DNA from: Lingula anatina
Lineage: Eukaryota > Animalia > Brachiopoda
Direction: 5' to 3'
NCBI GenBank assembly: GCA_051362555.1
Contig: CM120641.1
Span: 8,866,001 to 8,930,000 of the forward strand
Length of the DNA: 64,000 bases
Position 1 is the first letter of the stretch, and each line of letters begins with the position of its first letter. Under the pieces are notes generated by a model. The model worked only from the letters and a program-made list of their open reading frames with translations. It ran no database searches and was not told where the DNA came from. Below, one piece after another: positions 11,734-24,905 of the stretch. Position numbers and translations under genes: made by a program.

Positions 11734-13863
11734 CAGAGATCGTAAAGTCTGGATAATCCTAGGACCAAAATTTAAAGTGTATTCATGCTCAGCTCTCATA
11801 CTTATTGTGAGGCAAAAATCAAGTAACCAGTAAACTCGTTAGCGTATGAGAGTGCGTAATTACGCGTTGTTTTGCTGTTTTTACGCATTGGCTGGAGCCC
11901 CAGCGCGTACCAATACGCACACCTTTGGCTTTGAAGATCGGCGAAGTTGACCAGTCCGTTGACTGTTGACGGTCAGACTCATGTTGAAAATGTCATAATT
12001 GATTCCCAAGTGTCTCATTTTTTTCTTAAGATATTTGAATTACCCGATTAAAACATGCTTCTTCTTTCACTGACCCGCAGAGGATGACGTAATCTTCTCT
12101 GATTGGTCATAATATGCAAGTTTTAGGTCAAAGCACGTGTGCCTCTCTTTAGTATAAACAAGGTATGAACAACGATGAAATGATCGTTTTTTTATTCACA
12201 TAATTGTTCAACATTTTAATTGAGCAACCATACGTTTAGGACCAATTTAAATCACTCGCCCAGACCAAATACTTTAGGCCAGTAACCCTTGTGACTTTTG
12301 TAGTTTTAGTCGTCAGAATAAATTTTTAGTCGCATTTGACGAGCGGGCGACCGGGAATTTCCAGCTCTGCTGATTACCAGTGATGACAAAATGACGAGAA
12401 AAAGGAAAAGCAAAGGAAAAAAACAACAGTCAATTAAAAGGTTTTGTCATGCAAGGTAGGCAAAGTTATTTACTAGAGATTTCAGAGTCCGACATACCTA
12501 CTTGCGATGGTTGCGTTTCGCAACTAGTTTTATCAGCCGGGCAACTAAAATTTAGCTGGTAGTTGCCCGGAAACGCAAGTGACTTTCGGCTGTTCACTTG
12601 CCCGGAAAATTTGAAGTGTAAAATTTATTATCACAGACAAAATAGATCGTTTATTATTGGCAGTCATTTGCCGGTTGGAAACAAAGTGGTTTGCAGCAAC
12701 CGGCTAGCTCCAGATTTGGCCAGCTTAGAAAACAGTTGAACTTGAAGTGCTGCGCTAACAAACATAAATAAAAATTATCTTTCAACAAACTGTGAAATAA
12801 TATTTCTAGTAATTATTTACAAATTGAAAGCAAAGGTTTAATTTTTATAAACAATTTAGTAAAACTTAAAAACGACGGGTGCCTAAATGTTCCCGACTTG
12901 ACCTATTTTTTGTCGGCATCAATTTTAGGGAGAAACACTAGGAAGAGTAAGAAGTATGAACATTATGATTGATTAAAATGGCTAAATACGTAAATTTTGT
13001 GTCCCTTCTCAAATAGTATACTAAAAAATGCTTGTTTGACAGAGACGGATACTAGGTGACTACTTGTCAGTGTCCAGACATTTTGGCGCCGTTCTCTATC
13101 TCTCCCTCTCCCAACTATTACAGAGCGCTTGTTTGACCTAGTTTTTTTAAAAACTTTACTAAGGAAGCAGTTAGGCCAGGAGCATTTTTAAATCTCAGTT
13201 AAGAATAGATTGTAAATTTTTGGCTATGAAGTGCAGTCGTACTTGTTGTATTTTGATTGTTTCTGTGGTAATTTAAAAGCAATGTAAAATCTCTAATAAA
13301 TTACATGTTATATTCCCCCCCCCACACTGATTTTTGTTTTCAAGCCAAAAGAGGAATGTTTTCCTTTTGTTACATTTACTAGGTAGCACCAGTTACTTTT
13401 ACTCTAGTCAAAGAAACACAGTATCTAGTCGTGACCTATGCGTGACCTGTCCATTTTGTTTTTGTTTTCTTTTTGTTAAATTGCAATAATAAAAGATTTT
13501 GGATAAAAGGATAGTGGGTTATTGTTATGAAAGTGAACTGTGTGATTGCATGATTATTAAGGGGCCGTAGCGATAGTCCGAAGGTTCAATAGTCCGAAGG
13601 TTCATTGGTCCGAATGTTCGCTGTAGAACCTTCGGACCAATGAACCCTTGATTAAAAAATCGATAAAAATGTTACCACTTTTCGGACCAATGAACCTTCG
13701 GACCAACGAACCTTCGGACTATCGAGACGCCCCCATTATTAATACACAAAATTACACCTTGATGAGCATTTTTTAATTTTACCCCTTCATTTTGAAAATT
13801 ACCCCTTCTTTTTTTGGGCAAGGGGTACGGTACTCCCTTAGAAAAATCCTACCGAGTGCACTG
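11734..13863. mobile_element. Cluster of fragmentary hAT-like MITE ends in intron 1 of the immune gene
   Basis: CAG-starting or CTG-ending CpG-rich termini near 11734, 11828, 12369, 12483 and 13863. Pairing and TSDs were not resolved. Confidence 0.35.
13561..13734. mobile_element. 174-bp foldback-like MITE, copy 1
   Basis: Termini GGGGCCG and CGCCCCC, with 16-bp GTCCGAAGGTTCA subrepeats inverted at the other end. 8-bp TSD ATTATTAA. Confidence 0.85.
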
Positions 13864-14067
13864 AGTAACTATATGAGATAAAAATCAAGTTGGGCAACTT
13901 TTTGGGTCCACAAACGACAATAAACTCCCACATGTATAGAATGGTTGAGAAGTCAATTAATACATATACATTTGACATAATAATGTATTACAAGTTGGAA
14001 AACAGCATATACTATTCTCATATGCAGGCCTATTGGACCATAACAGGGGGAATGTAGTTGTGTCACA

Positions 14068-14241
14068 GGGGCCGTAGCAATAGTCCGAAGGTTCAATAGT
14101 CCGAAGGTTCATTGGTCCGAATATTCACTATAGAACCTTCGGACCAATGAACCCTTGATTAAAAAATCGATGAAAATGTTACCACTTTTCGGACCAATGA
14201 ACCTTCGGACCAATGAACCTTCGGACTATCGAGACGCCCCC
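14068..14241. mobile_element. 174-bp foldback-like MITE, copy 2
   Basis: Near-identical to 13561-13734, with its own 8-bp TSD GTGTCACA. Confidence 0.85.
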
Positions 14242-15208
14242 GTGTCACAAGCCCCAACAAGCATCTACAATCATCAATGATCCTCCACAAGAACAAAACG
14301 TTGAAAAATTAACAATTAAACAGATATTTATTATGCGATGGGTTTTGTTTGTATTTTATAATAACACTTGCTGTTATTCATTTTTTGTCTGTTATAATGA
14401 TGCCATTATTGGTGAACATTAAAATATTGTTTTTGATTATTTGCTCTGTCGCCAGGGGTGCATGATTTGTCTCCTTTAAAGGAGAAAAAAGGAAAAAAAA
14501 AAAACTGAACATTATCATGGGACCAAACACCTGACTGGCCGCCCATCAGAATCGAGTTACAAAACATACATGGAATTATGTGTTTCTCTGGAAAAAGGTC
14601 ATGTCTGTGTCCACATGCAAGGCAGCCCCCATCGCCCAAATATAAAAGCTTTTTTTCTGCTTTACTCTGTTTATATCTGTAGAATTAATTCAGTCACTAT
14701 ATGAACCTTCATAGACTTAGTATTTATTTATTAGCTGATTTCATTAATTATTTTGTGTTAAATTGTTGGTCTTCCTTCTATTCTGTGCCTGTGAACGCTT
14801 GTGATCGCTCGTCGGACACAACCGTTTTCTGTTATCCCCTTGTTATCGTTCAGTTGGCCTACATTTGACTCGTGATTGAAAATGAGGTACAGAAAAAAAT
14901 TGTTAACAGTGTCACTAAAACCTGAATATGTCTAGACCTATAGCAACAACTCATTGTCTGAAGTTTAAAAGATAATATTGTGCTAATGTGACAGAAAAAT
15001 TTCGTAAATATATATATACGTTTGATCTCATCAAATAAAGTTTTAAAACTTTGCATTTGGAAAACAGCGGGAGATTCATACTAAGTGTCTCAAAATGGGT
15101 CTCGCGCCGTTAAAAAAAGTTGTTTATTTTTATAGAAACAGCTTGTCAGTGGTTTGAACACTTACAATGTTACAAAATTAAACTCAAGAATAACCCTAAC
15201 CGACTTAC

Positions 15209-15360
15209 CTCTGATAACTGCATAAAAACTATCACAATTATTAGAACGCTTTCAATCGCATGTTTCATCTTGTAGAAATGGCCTCTCGTCTGTGGAGAAT
15301 TTCCCATTACATCACTTCCGCTCTAATTACATCCGGGAAAAAACTAGTGGTGGGCGTAGG
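15209..15360 (-). promoter_or_regulatory. Probable first exon and promoter of the TIR-DED-kinase gene, with kB-like and ETS motifs
   Basis: Strong donor AG|GTAAGT after 15209. GGGAAATTCTCC (minus, 15294-15305) is close to the NF-kB consensus, and CGGAAGTG (minus, 15313-15320) is an ETS core. The region is locally CpG-rich. Confidence 0.5.
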
Positions 15361-15828
15361 GTAGACTGCACGAGGTTTGATTCGGACCACGCAGAGTTTG
15401 GCACAGAATTTTGGGCAGTAAATATTATTATACTTAATCGATTTTGATCATTATTTTTTACAATGTCCGTTACATGTAGTCTACGGAATTCATGCGGTAC
15501 TAGTACCGGTAGATCTAAGTACGTACTGTAGCATATAATTGTTACACAGGTAATACTCAGTACCTCCTTCAAGGGGATTGAACTCCCAAGAAGGAGATAA
15601 ATATGATATTTTGTATTTTGTTGGTGTGCACACAACACAATTGAAATAGGCATTGTTACATAAAATTACTTCTGGCTATGTGTTGTCAAAAATATAATTA
15701 TCAAACAAAGAAAAATTGTGAATGATTAAAAAATAAGAAAGCATTTTGTACTGCTGGGTACTATTTATTGTGTGGCAAATGAAGAATACTAAGCAGTTAA
15801 ACCCTCATTAGAGTTATTTTACAGAACG

Positions 15829-18322
15829 TTTTTATGTACAGACACAGATGTGTCTGTACATATTGCCATCACCTGCGTCTGTCGTCGCCGATGCCGATGC
15901 CGATGCCGTCGCCGATGCCGTGCACTTTCCTTGTAAACACGATAAGTGGAGGACAGTTTTACTTTTTGGCTTTATATTTACAGAGCTGATGAATATTCAT
16001 AAAACGCAGGTCAAGTTCGAAAATCAGCATGATCGGGCCATTATTGTAGAAGTTATGCTGTTTTTTCTTTTTTCAGCATATATGCAACCCTGTAAACACA
16101 TTTTAAGGAAATCCGTTAGGCCTGTTGTCATGAAACTCACAGGAGTAATCAATCTTACTAAAACGCAGGTCAAGTTCATAAATCAGCATGATCGGGCAAC
16201 TATTTTAGTAGTTATGCTGTTTTTTCATTTTTCAGCATATATGCAACACTGTAAACACAATATAAGAAAAACAGATAGGCCAATTGTCATTAAACTCACA
16301 GGAGTGGGCAATCTTACTAAAACACAGGTTGAGTTCGAAAATCAGCATAATTGGGCCATTATTTTAGAAGTTATGCTGTTTTTTCACATTTCCTCAAATT
16401 CAACTCTTAGGCATATTAACAGTCTCATTATTGAACTAATAAGATACATAAAAGTGTTTGTTTGACATTTCCTGCATGTTTACAACATTGTTAGTTGATT
16501 ATGTAAAAATGATGGTAAACTTGTAATCATGTATTGTGTAATAAAGTGTCAAAAATGGAAATAAACTCATATCATTGCAGTTTGTCAGATTCAATCATTC
16601 ACTTTGTTCAGAATCTCAGAATGGAGGAAAATGGACATTTAACACTGTTCTTTTGATATTTTCCCCATCTCATCAATTTTCTTAGTTGATCATAAAAAAA
16701 TTGCAGTAAACTGTTTATTTTGTTTTATGTTTAAATAGTGTTAAAAATGGAAATAAACCCATTTCAGAACAGTGCTGTCTTGTTCATTTTTCAGCATATA
16801 TGCAACACTGTAAACACAATATAAGAAAAACAGATAGGCCAATTGTCATTAAACTCACAGGAGTGGTCAGTCTTACTAAAATGTAGGTTGAGTTCGAAAA
16901 TCAGCATAATCGGGGCATTATTTTAGAAGTTATGCTGTTTTTTCACATTTCCTCAGATTCAACTCTTAGGCATGTTAACAGTCTCATTATTGAACTAATA
17001 AGATATGTAAAAGTGTTTGGTTGACATTTCCTGCATCTTTACAACATTATTAGTTGATTTTGTAAAAATGATGGTAAGCTTGTTATCTTGTATTGTGTAA
17101 TAAAGTTTCAAAAATGGAAATAAACTCATATCATTGCAGTTTGTCAGATTCAATCATTCACTATGTTCAGAATCTCAGAATGGAGGAAATTGGACATTCA
17201 GCACTGTTGTATTGATATTTTTCCCATGTCATCAATTTTCTTAGTTGATCGTATAAAAATGGCAGTAACCTGTTAATTTTGTTTTATGTTAAAAAAAATT
17301 GTTAAAAAAAAAAAAAAAAAACCATTTCAGAACAGTGCTGTCTTGTTTACATTTTGGCATTTTCAAGTTGTGACTTTGAAGTTCCATGGGCCTGAAGACC
17401 TTTGCTAGTCACATTTTCTGAATATCCATGATACTAATATTTTATTATTAAAAATTGATGGTCATTATGCTGTTAAACATTATGTAATATTGCATCAAAA
17501 TTTGAAAAAAACCTATTTTGGGCACTGCTCCCATAATGACCATTTAAGAAAAACCATGTCACTTACTGGTCTCAAACAATACAGTAAATATGCACAGATG
17601 TGTCTGTACATATTGCCATCACCTGCGTCTGTCGTCGCCGTCACTGTCTCTGTCGCCGACGCCATGCACTTTCATTGTAAACACGATAAGTGGAAGGCAG
17701 TTTTACTTTTTGGCTATATATTTACAAAGCTGATGAATATTCATAAAACGCAGGTCATGTTCGAAAATCAGCATGATCGGGGCAACTATTGTAGTAGTTA
17801 TGCTTTTTTTGTTGTTGTGACTTTGAAGTTCCATGGGCCTGAAGACCTTTGCTAGTCACATTTTCTGAATATCCATAATACTAATATTTTATTATTAAAA
17901 TTGATGGTCATTATGCTGTTAAACATTATGTAATATTGCATCAAAATTTGAAAAAAACGTGCTGCTGCCATGAGGACCATTATGGGAAAACCATGTTACT
18001 TATGATTGCCTTGAGTTTCACGACAACAGGCCTATCGGTTTTCCTTGAAATGTGTTTACAGTGTTGCATATATGTTGAAAAGTGAAAAAACAGCATAACT
18101 TCTACAATAATGGCCCGATCATGCTGATTTTCGAACTTGACCTGCGTTTTATGAATATTCATCAGCTCTGTAAATATAAAGCCAAAAAGTAAAACTGCCC
18201 TCCACTTATCGTGTTTACAAGGAAAGTGCACGGCATCGGCATCGCCATCGCCATCGCCATCGGCGACGACAGACCCAGGTGATGGCAATATGTACAGACA
18301 CATCTGTGTCTGTACATAAAAA
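15829..18322. mobile_element. Composite of HINE family A: long minus copy (15829-about 17957) joined to a short plus copy (about 17960-18322)
   Basis: Both outer ends carry the TGTACAGACAC/GTGTCTGTACA hairpin and microsatellite in opposite orientation. The body is the reverse complement of sequence in 5500-7754. Confidence 0.72.
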
Positions 18323-19909
18323 TGAAGACAAATTTAATGTCAGAAATTCCTCCTAAGGTACGCTTTGATTTCCTGCTCATTTTTCAGTTATGTCCATTAT
18401 CTCATAACAGTCTCATTTTTTATCATTTAGTTAGAATAATTAAGTGATACAACATCAACCTGTTTAAAGTTTGTATGTTTTAAATGATATTATCCGTAAA
18501 AATTTTTTGAAATGTTTGTCTCTGTGAAGCAAACATAACTTGTTTTACAACGTGACCTGCATCAATATATTTCCGATGTCATTAAGGATTATTACATGCA
18601 CAAATTAAACTAGAGTTGAAACACAACACTTTTATATCACTTAATTCAGATTTTTTTAAGTTTTTTAAGTTTCTTAATATTTTGCAACATATATCTATTC
18701 AAAAATAATTCTGAGTAATTCTTAATAATTTCAAGACAACAAAAGTTCTTTAGCATGCCTTTGACAACAATACACCTTTCTGTGATAATATATGTGTAAG
18801 CTTATATAGACCCATCATACATAAGATGGATCCAAGATACATGCTATGGCTGCTTTTTTTCAAAAACATTTAATTGGTCCTCATTCTCTCCTGATCACTT
18901 TATTAGTGAAAAGTCATAAGCAATAACTTAAATACTGAGACAATAATCCTTTTAACTTTTTTAAGCATCAAAACCTTCAGTAGAGATGTATAAGGACCAT
19001 CTTGTGTTAGCCTTTAGGCCTATACTAATTGCAGGATTTATCATGATCTCGTTCAACTATCTTCAGGCACCCTGTGGGTGAAATACTTATGGATCATTGG
19101 CACAATAATAAACTAAGTTAGCATTTGTACCTTCACTAACTTAACTCTCACATTTTAATCTTAAAAGGACATAATAAAACGCTTTCACCTGTGTGTGTTA
19201 TAAGTAAAATGGAATTGACTTGTTAATAATACTAATTAAATTGCAACAAATAGATGAAATTTTAAAAAATTGCTTAGCACCAAAATGAATCCTCCTTAAT
19301 TAATTCAAAATCAATTAACTTTATCCAAGGTATGTGAACAATATTATAAACTTTCCATTTAACTCCAGTTTCTACAAATTAATTCCTTCTGAAACCTTTT
19401 ACAGAAGTAAAATGTCACAGGTATGACACACAAGCTACAGACCCTACAGAGTTACAATACCATGCAATGGTACAGACTCTGAGAGTGATATTTTACCAAA
19501 TCATTGAGGATAATTTTTAAATTATAAAATTCCCCAAGTTAAGTTTGTTGACTGTTCCAGATACATCCCATACAGCACTCAGAGAAGTGCATTTCCCAGT
19601 AAGAGATGTTGTTCAAAATTTCGATTCCTCTGTTGATGAAAATGTTTGTACATTCTAATGGAATTCTGAGCAATACTGACAAATGATCCAGTAACCACTA
19701 AACTGGTCAGTACAATTTACAGTAGTGTACAATTTTACAAATCAAAAAATAGTTTTCAATGCTTGTGCAGATAATAATATCTATTTGTAATATATATGAC
19801 ATGGGGCAGGTTAAATTCATTTTTAAACAAATTTCAAAGCATTTGAAATCCAATTATTTTAATTTATTTTCTACTTCTAAGGAAGTCTCCATATGTCCAT
19901 ATATTTGAC

Positions 19910-22900
19910 TCAATACTCTGGATAAAACTGCAAAAACTGAATCAGTCGCTGTGGAAGTGGCAGCTGGAGTACTTCATCTTCTGCAAAACACTGCAAGATC
20001 ACAGTACGGCACAGGCTCTGAAGGTTTAAGGGCTTTGGCAAGTTATAAACCTGGACATAAGTTATTGCATGTTGATCTGGGATGTTCATTGCCATTGCCA
20101 TTCTGCTTGCGCACCCCGAGAACACAGGCATGAAATTAGAGGGGCACATATGTTGACTGCATGTGTAGCGATGATACTGAACACAATGAAGCGGATCTGT
20201 GGTATTGGCATCAAAAACAAATATACTGCACATAATTGGCTGACAATTGCGAAAACGGGTTCTTTTCAATTCTTGGCAATTGCAAATGGTTTCTGTCATC
20301 ATTGTAACAATGAGTGAGCCATCTGGTGTGTACAAAAGTTCTCTCAGGTTAGGATAAAGTGAAGGCCTTGTGTCATCTGCTTTGTGATTGGTTGCAATAA
20401 TCTCCCATGGATTATTGCTGGCGAGATGTACAAGGCTCAGGCTGTTGTCTGTCCCTTGCTCAAAGTTGGTCACTGCAATGCGATTCCAGTGAAACCTGGG
20501 ATCAAAACTGAAGTAAGAGTCTCTGCACTGTAGCTGTACTTCATATATCATGGGGAACCCATTTCCTTTCAGATTGTATAACCGTAAGACATAGCTAGCT
20601 GGCCCCCTGACTGAACTTGGTGGTAGAGGGGTTTTTACCAAGCACTTGGTGCCATCTGGACTAATAGACCCTCGAAGGGATTCGTTTACAAATTCCACAG
20701 TGTGTTTACCAAAAACACCAAGAAATTTGTTGGTCTTTAAGTCAATTACACCAAATTGAGTTCCCATATTCCTAACTAGATGTAACACCACAATTCGCCC
20801 TTGAAAACACAAGACACTTCTAACGTGGAAATTCTGTATAGAGGACAGCTGAGCTGGGATATGATTGTATTCAAAGTGCTCTGCCATCTTGGTAAATTTG
20901 CTCCTTTTTCTGAAACTGAAGATGTGTGAGGATTTGTTGATGTTGATGATACCTTGGCGGTTGATGCAAAAAGCATGGCTACAATCTTTGTGGAGAGCAC
21001 CTTCACATGCCAAGACCTTCTCCTTGAAGCCTGCTGTATCTAAAACCATAAGAGAACTCATGAGAAAAAGTGAAAACAAACATCTGAAAAAAAAATCCTA
21101 ACGAAACAAAATAAGAGCTCATCTTTCCTTGCACTAAATACAATTTATTAACTAAAATAATTAAACTGCACTTTTCAAAATCTATGGCTGGAATTGCTAT
21201 CCCATGTTTCAAAAGCTGATATAGGGCATTCTCCAAATGACTCTGAAGTCTGGATGTCCATTTTTCTAAGACATCATTTCTTAGAAAAAAATAAAATAAA
21301 AAAATTTGACAAAAAAAAAACTTATGAAACAGCAGGCTTTTAAGTGATCAAGAAATCTAATTCAGAAGTAGCATTAAAGTCATACAGCCCAAAGTGTGTC
21401 AGTCAATTGTGAAAGAATCATACTGCAAATCACCCAACTGTTCACAAACCATTTTCATGTTAAAACTGTTAATAACTTATGTTAGCATGTTTAATGTCAA
21501 TCAGAATCTTAAAATCTTGGCAAAACATTGACATTACCACTACCAGAGCAATTCCTAGCACTAACATTTATCTGCTCTGGCAGTGGTAAATACTTTTACG
21601 GTGTGTTGGTTAATTTGTGGGTTATGTAGTTAATATGGGTGTTAGTACCTAAAGCAGATGTGGGGAAAACTTTGGAGGAACTGAAGGTCCAGAGGACCTG
21701 CACTACAAGAAATCTGCAGGTTCTCCTAATTTTTTTTTAAATTGTTATGTACTGTAATTCCAAATAAACCTTGCCGATCCACAGGACCTGTATTCTCAAA
21801 AATCTTGCCCGTCCTCTGGCTTTTCAGGCAGACATGACTGGTCAGACTGACAATTTCCCAACATATGACTTAAAGATCTTTGGGTATTGTTAGTAAATGC
21901 CTAATCCATTTATAAGGCCTGCCAATGGTTCACTTCATTACATCTCTCTTATAAGAAAAGGTGCATATGGTAATTAAAGAAAAAATAGACCCTTAAAACA
22001 GTCTCAGCTGGTTGTTTATAAAACATGGAAAAAAAATAAAGCCCACATGAGATTTTTGACATTTCAGCAGTGCAGATGAATAGATACTCCGTGGTATATA
22101 TTTACTATTTTAACAGATATCTATTGCTAGCTGTCTAGATCAATGTGTACTTACAAGAGGCCCCTGATATAAGATCTTGGGGTCAACTTGTATGCTTCTC
22201 TACAACAGAATGCAGAGCAGAAAAAGCCAACAAAATGGTGAGGTAATGCACAAGACATTAGGTAAAATGTACAAAAAACAAGCTGATATGTGTGCTACCT
22301 AGCTTGTGAGTTTGCCAAGTAACTTGCACATGCCTTCTAAATGATGTAGTTGAGTGAGATATGGAGAAAATGAAAAAGAAGTGTTAATTAATATATTAGC
22401 ATATATGCAGTACAAGTACATGAAAGATGTGCGTGTGTGTGCATGAGAGAGAGAGAGAGAGAGTTAAAAAATCAGTACAGTGAATAATGCATTGTCATCT
22501 AATCAATTAAGAACCGTGTCCTTTAAGAAGCAAAGAACCATTTCCCAAGATTCATGAAAATGATCTATTTGTGAAATACAAGTAAGTTGCTGTCTTGCAG
22601 TGGATTCACTGAAAATCAGATTAATCTATAATCTAATAGGCAAATTGAACTGAGACTCATTTGCAAAAGAGCAGACAATATCATATCACAAAAATTACCT
22701 GTAAGACACAATAAGTCTACATGACTGGAGTGCATACTGTATCATTGTTTTTTTCCCATCAATATTCCTCTTGTAAGTTCATTACTTTAATTCCATGGAA
22801 CTATTGCATTATCATGTGGTAATTTAACACAAGAATCTCCACATTAAATCTCCATATTGAATCTACAAAATTAATTTTCCACTCCCTTATTTGGCATTAA

Positions 22901-23399
22901 GCTATCAATAAAATGCCCAGTCTACAGCAAGTAATACTAGGTGGACCATGAAATGAAAAAAATATTAACACACTGATGATCTTTCTGCATGGCTTTTTTT
23001 CTTTTAGCAAAGAAGGAAGGCGTTTGGTCTCCCCCCCCCCCCCCTTTCTTTTGAGGTTGTTATTTAAGAAAACATTACATGCAATATAAAGATTATCCAC
23101 AAAAATAATGCTATAGGCTGCCAAAACAACTTGCTTATTTTTTCAATCATCTTTTATCCTCAAAACAAAAGCGAACTTTTTGCTGCATGTTCAGTCTGCC
23201 TTGCCTGCAAAATTAATTTTTCCATTCACATGGTACATCAATTTTCTCTTACTGGATGTCATTTGTTGTGACTTAAGATTATTAGATTTTATAGGGCCAT
23301 ACATCCTTTAAGTCATCATTCACATTTCAAGTCCTCAGAGAATGCCTAATATAAGGACATTTTGCATCTTTTAATGACCTCAGCTACGTTGATGGTTGA

Positions 23400-23441
<42 letters not shown>

Positions 23442-24905
23442 CTCCTGTCTGGTTGGGGAAAATTAATTGCTGTTATTTTTGTTTTGTCTTACAATTATAA
23501 TAAGACACATACACACATGCACACTCACATGCACGCATGCACTCACAATTGCACAGCTTCAATTTAAAGACAGGCAAGCCTCAATTGTGTGTTCATGATT
23601 AAAAGTAAATTAGATGGAGAGGAAATTGTGTAAGATGCTGAGCAGCCATATCATCATTAACTCCCATCCTACCCATCAAAACCCAATTTGTAAAACCTAC
23701 TTGCTGCCAACTCATGCTTTCTGTTTCTCTCTACTTGGCAAAACCATGTTCTTTCACAAATTGCTTGTGCATTTCAATTATTAGTATTTGTTGGTTTATT
23801 CAGTATTTGTTGGTTCATTTGTTGGCTTGTAGTAAAACATAACATAATTCTTGGGGGAAAATCTTGTTTTTATAGTATTTTGTTTTGTTTTTTCTTTTAT
23901 ATTGGTTGTCGCGGTTGGTATTTTTTATTTTATATTTATTTGCCAGTTTTGCTTAATTCTTAGATTATGGCAGTGCATTCCCCTTATAGGCAGCATAAGT
24001 GTTCTTCATTTCTGTTGGTACATTCCATTTGTCAGTCATTATCCATCTTTTTTTTTTTCCTTCCACTTAGAAACCTGTTTTGCCCTAAATATTTTTCCAT
24101 CACACACTGCATGGATAACTTAATCATTTGACTGGGTAACCTTAATGTTACAGTGGTGAGGAGAATGATATTAAACCTCCCCCGAGATGAATTTCTTTTC
24201 GTGAAGTTTGCAGGTCAATCCATGCATTATTGAAAGAAAATCTGCTTGTCCAATCTTTACAGTCCCAGTAGTATTGTAGCAACATGGCTTCAAACATATA
24301 CAGGTACATGTAGGTTATAACCAATACTTCATTGTTGTAATTTCTCAGAAAAAATGACACCCTTTCTGCAATTTCTACAATTCTTACATGATGTGATTAC
24401 TAGTATTTAGCTATTAATTTGTCATCACAAGTACAGTACATTATAACATGCATTCGCATAGAATGTTGATGGTACCTCAGGCATGTGGCCATGTTTACTT
24501 TAATATATATTATTTGAATTACAATATCCAATCGTAATGAGTGGTCTAGCCTTTAACTGTCACAGATGTCACATACTTTTACTTATTTTCCTTATTTATC
24601 ATAGTGATTTTTTAAATATTGATTTATTGTGACTCTCCTCTGCCCAGCACATGCATGTACTTCCACTATAATTTGGCATCATGTAATGGCTGCAGTTGTT
24701 GGTTGTAAATGGAGAGGGGGGAATACTTGCCTGCATGTCCACCTTTCCATTCTTGCAAAGTGCACTGATGAAGCAAGGTCCACGGTTTTGTGTCTTCGTG
24801 CAAACTGAAATATGACTGGGTAGATGAGCTGCGGCACCTCGAAACACTGCCATGTCCTCCAGCAACATCTGACATTGAAGTCAGTCGACTTTCCTCAGCT
24901 CCCAT
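19910..24905 (-). CDS. SOCS-box protein, about 434 aa, with MGxxxS N-terminus and a beta-rich (propeller-like) body
   Basis: C-terminal PKPLNLQSLCRTVILQCF...VLQLPLPQRLIQFLQFY is a BC box plus cullin-5 box. The large exon 21039-19910 (acceptor TTTTAG|AT, phase 1) is well supported. The upstream coding exon 24905-24731 (MGAEESRL...WKGGHA, donor CAG|GCAAGT, phase 1) is inferred from phase match. Confidence 0.75.
21655..21867. mobile_element. hAT-type MITE
   Basis: TIRs CAGATGTGGGGAAA and TTTCCCAACATATG, with 8-bp TSD ACCTAAAG/ACTTAAAG. Confidence 0.65.

Noticed and set aside
13561-14241. Regularly spaced GTCCGAAGGTTCA repeats resembling a CRISPR array
   Set aside because: No unique spacers. 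They are inverted subterminal repeats of a MITE with TSDs in a eukaryotic genome.
21040-21079. N-terminal hydrophobic start (LFSLFLMSSLMVL) of the SOCS ORF as a signal peptide
   Set aside because: It overlaps a polypyrimidine tract upstream of the acceptor at 21039, and SOCS-box proteins are cytosolic.
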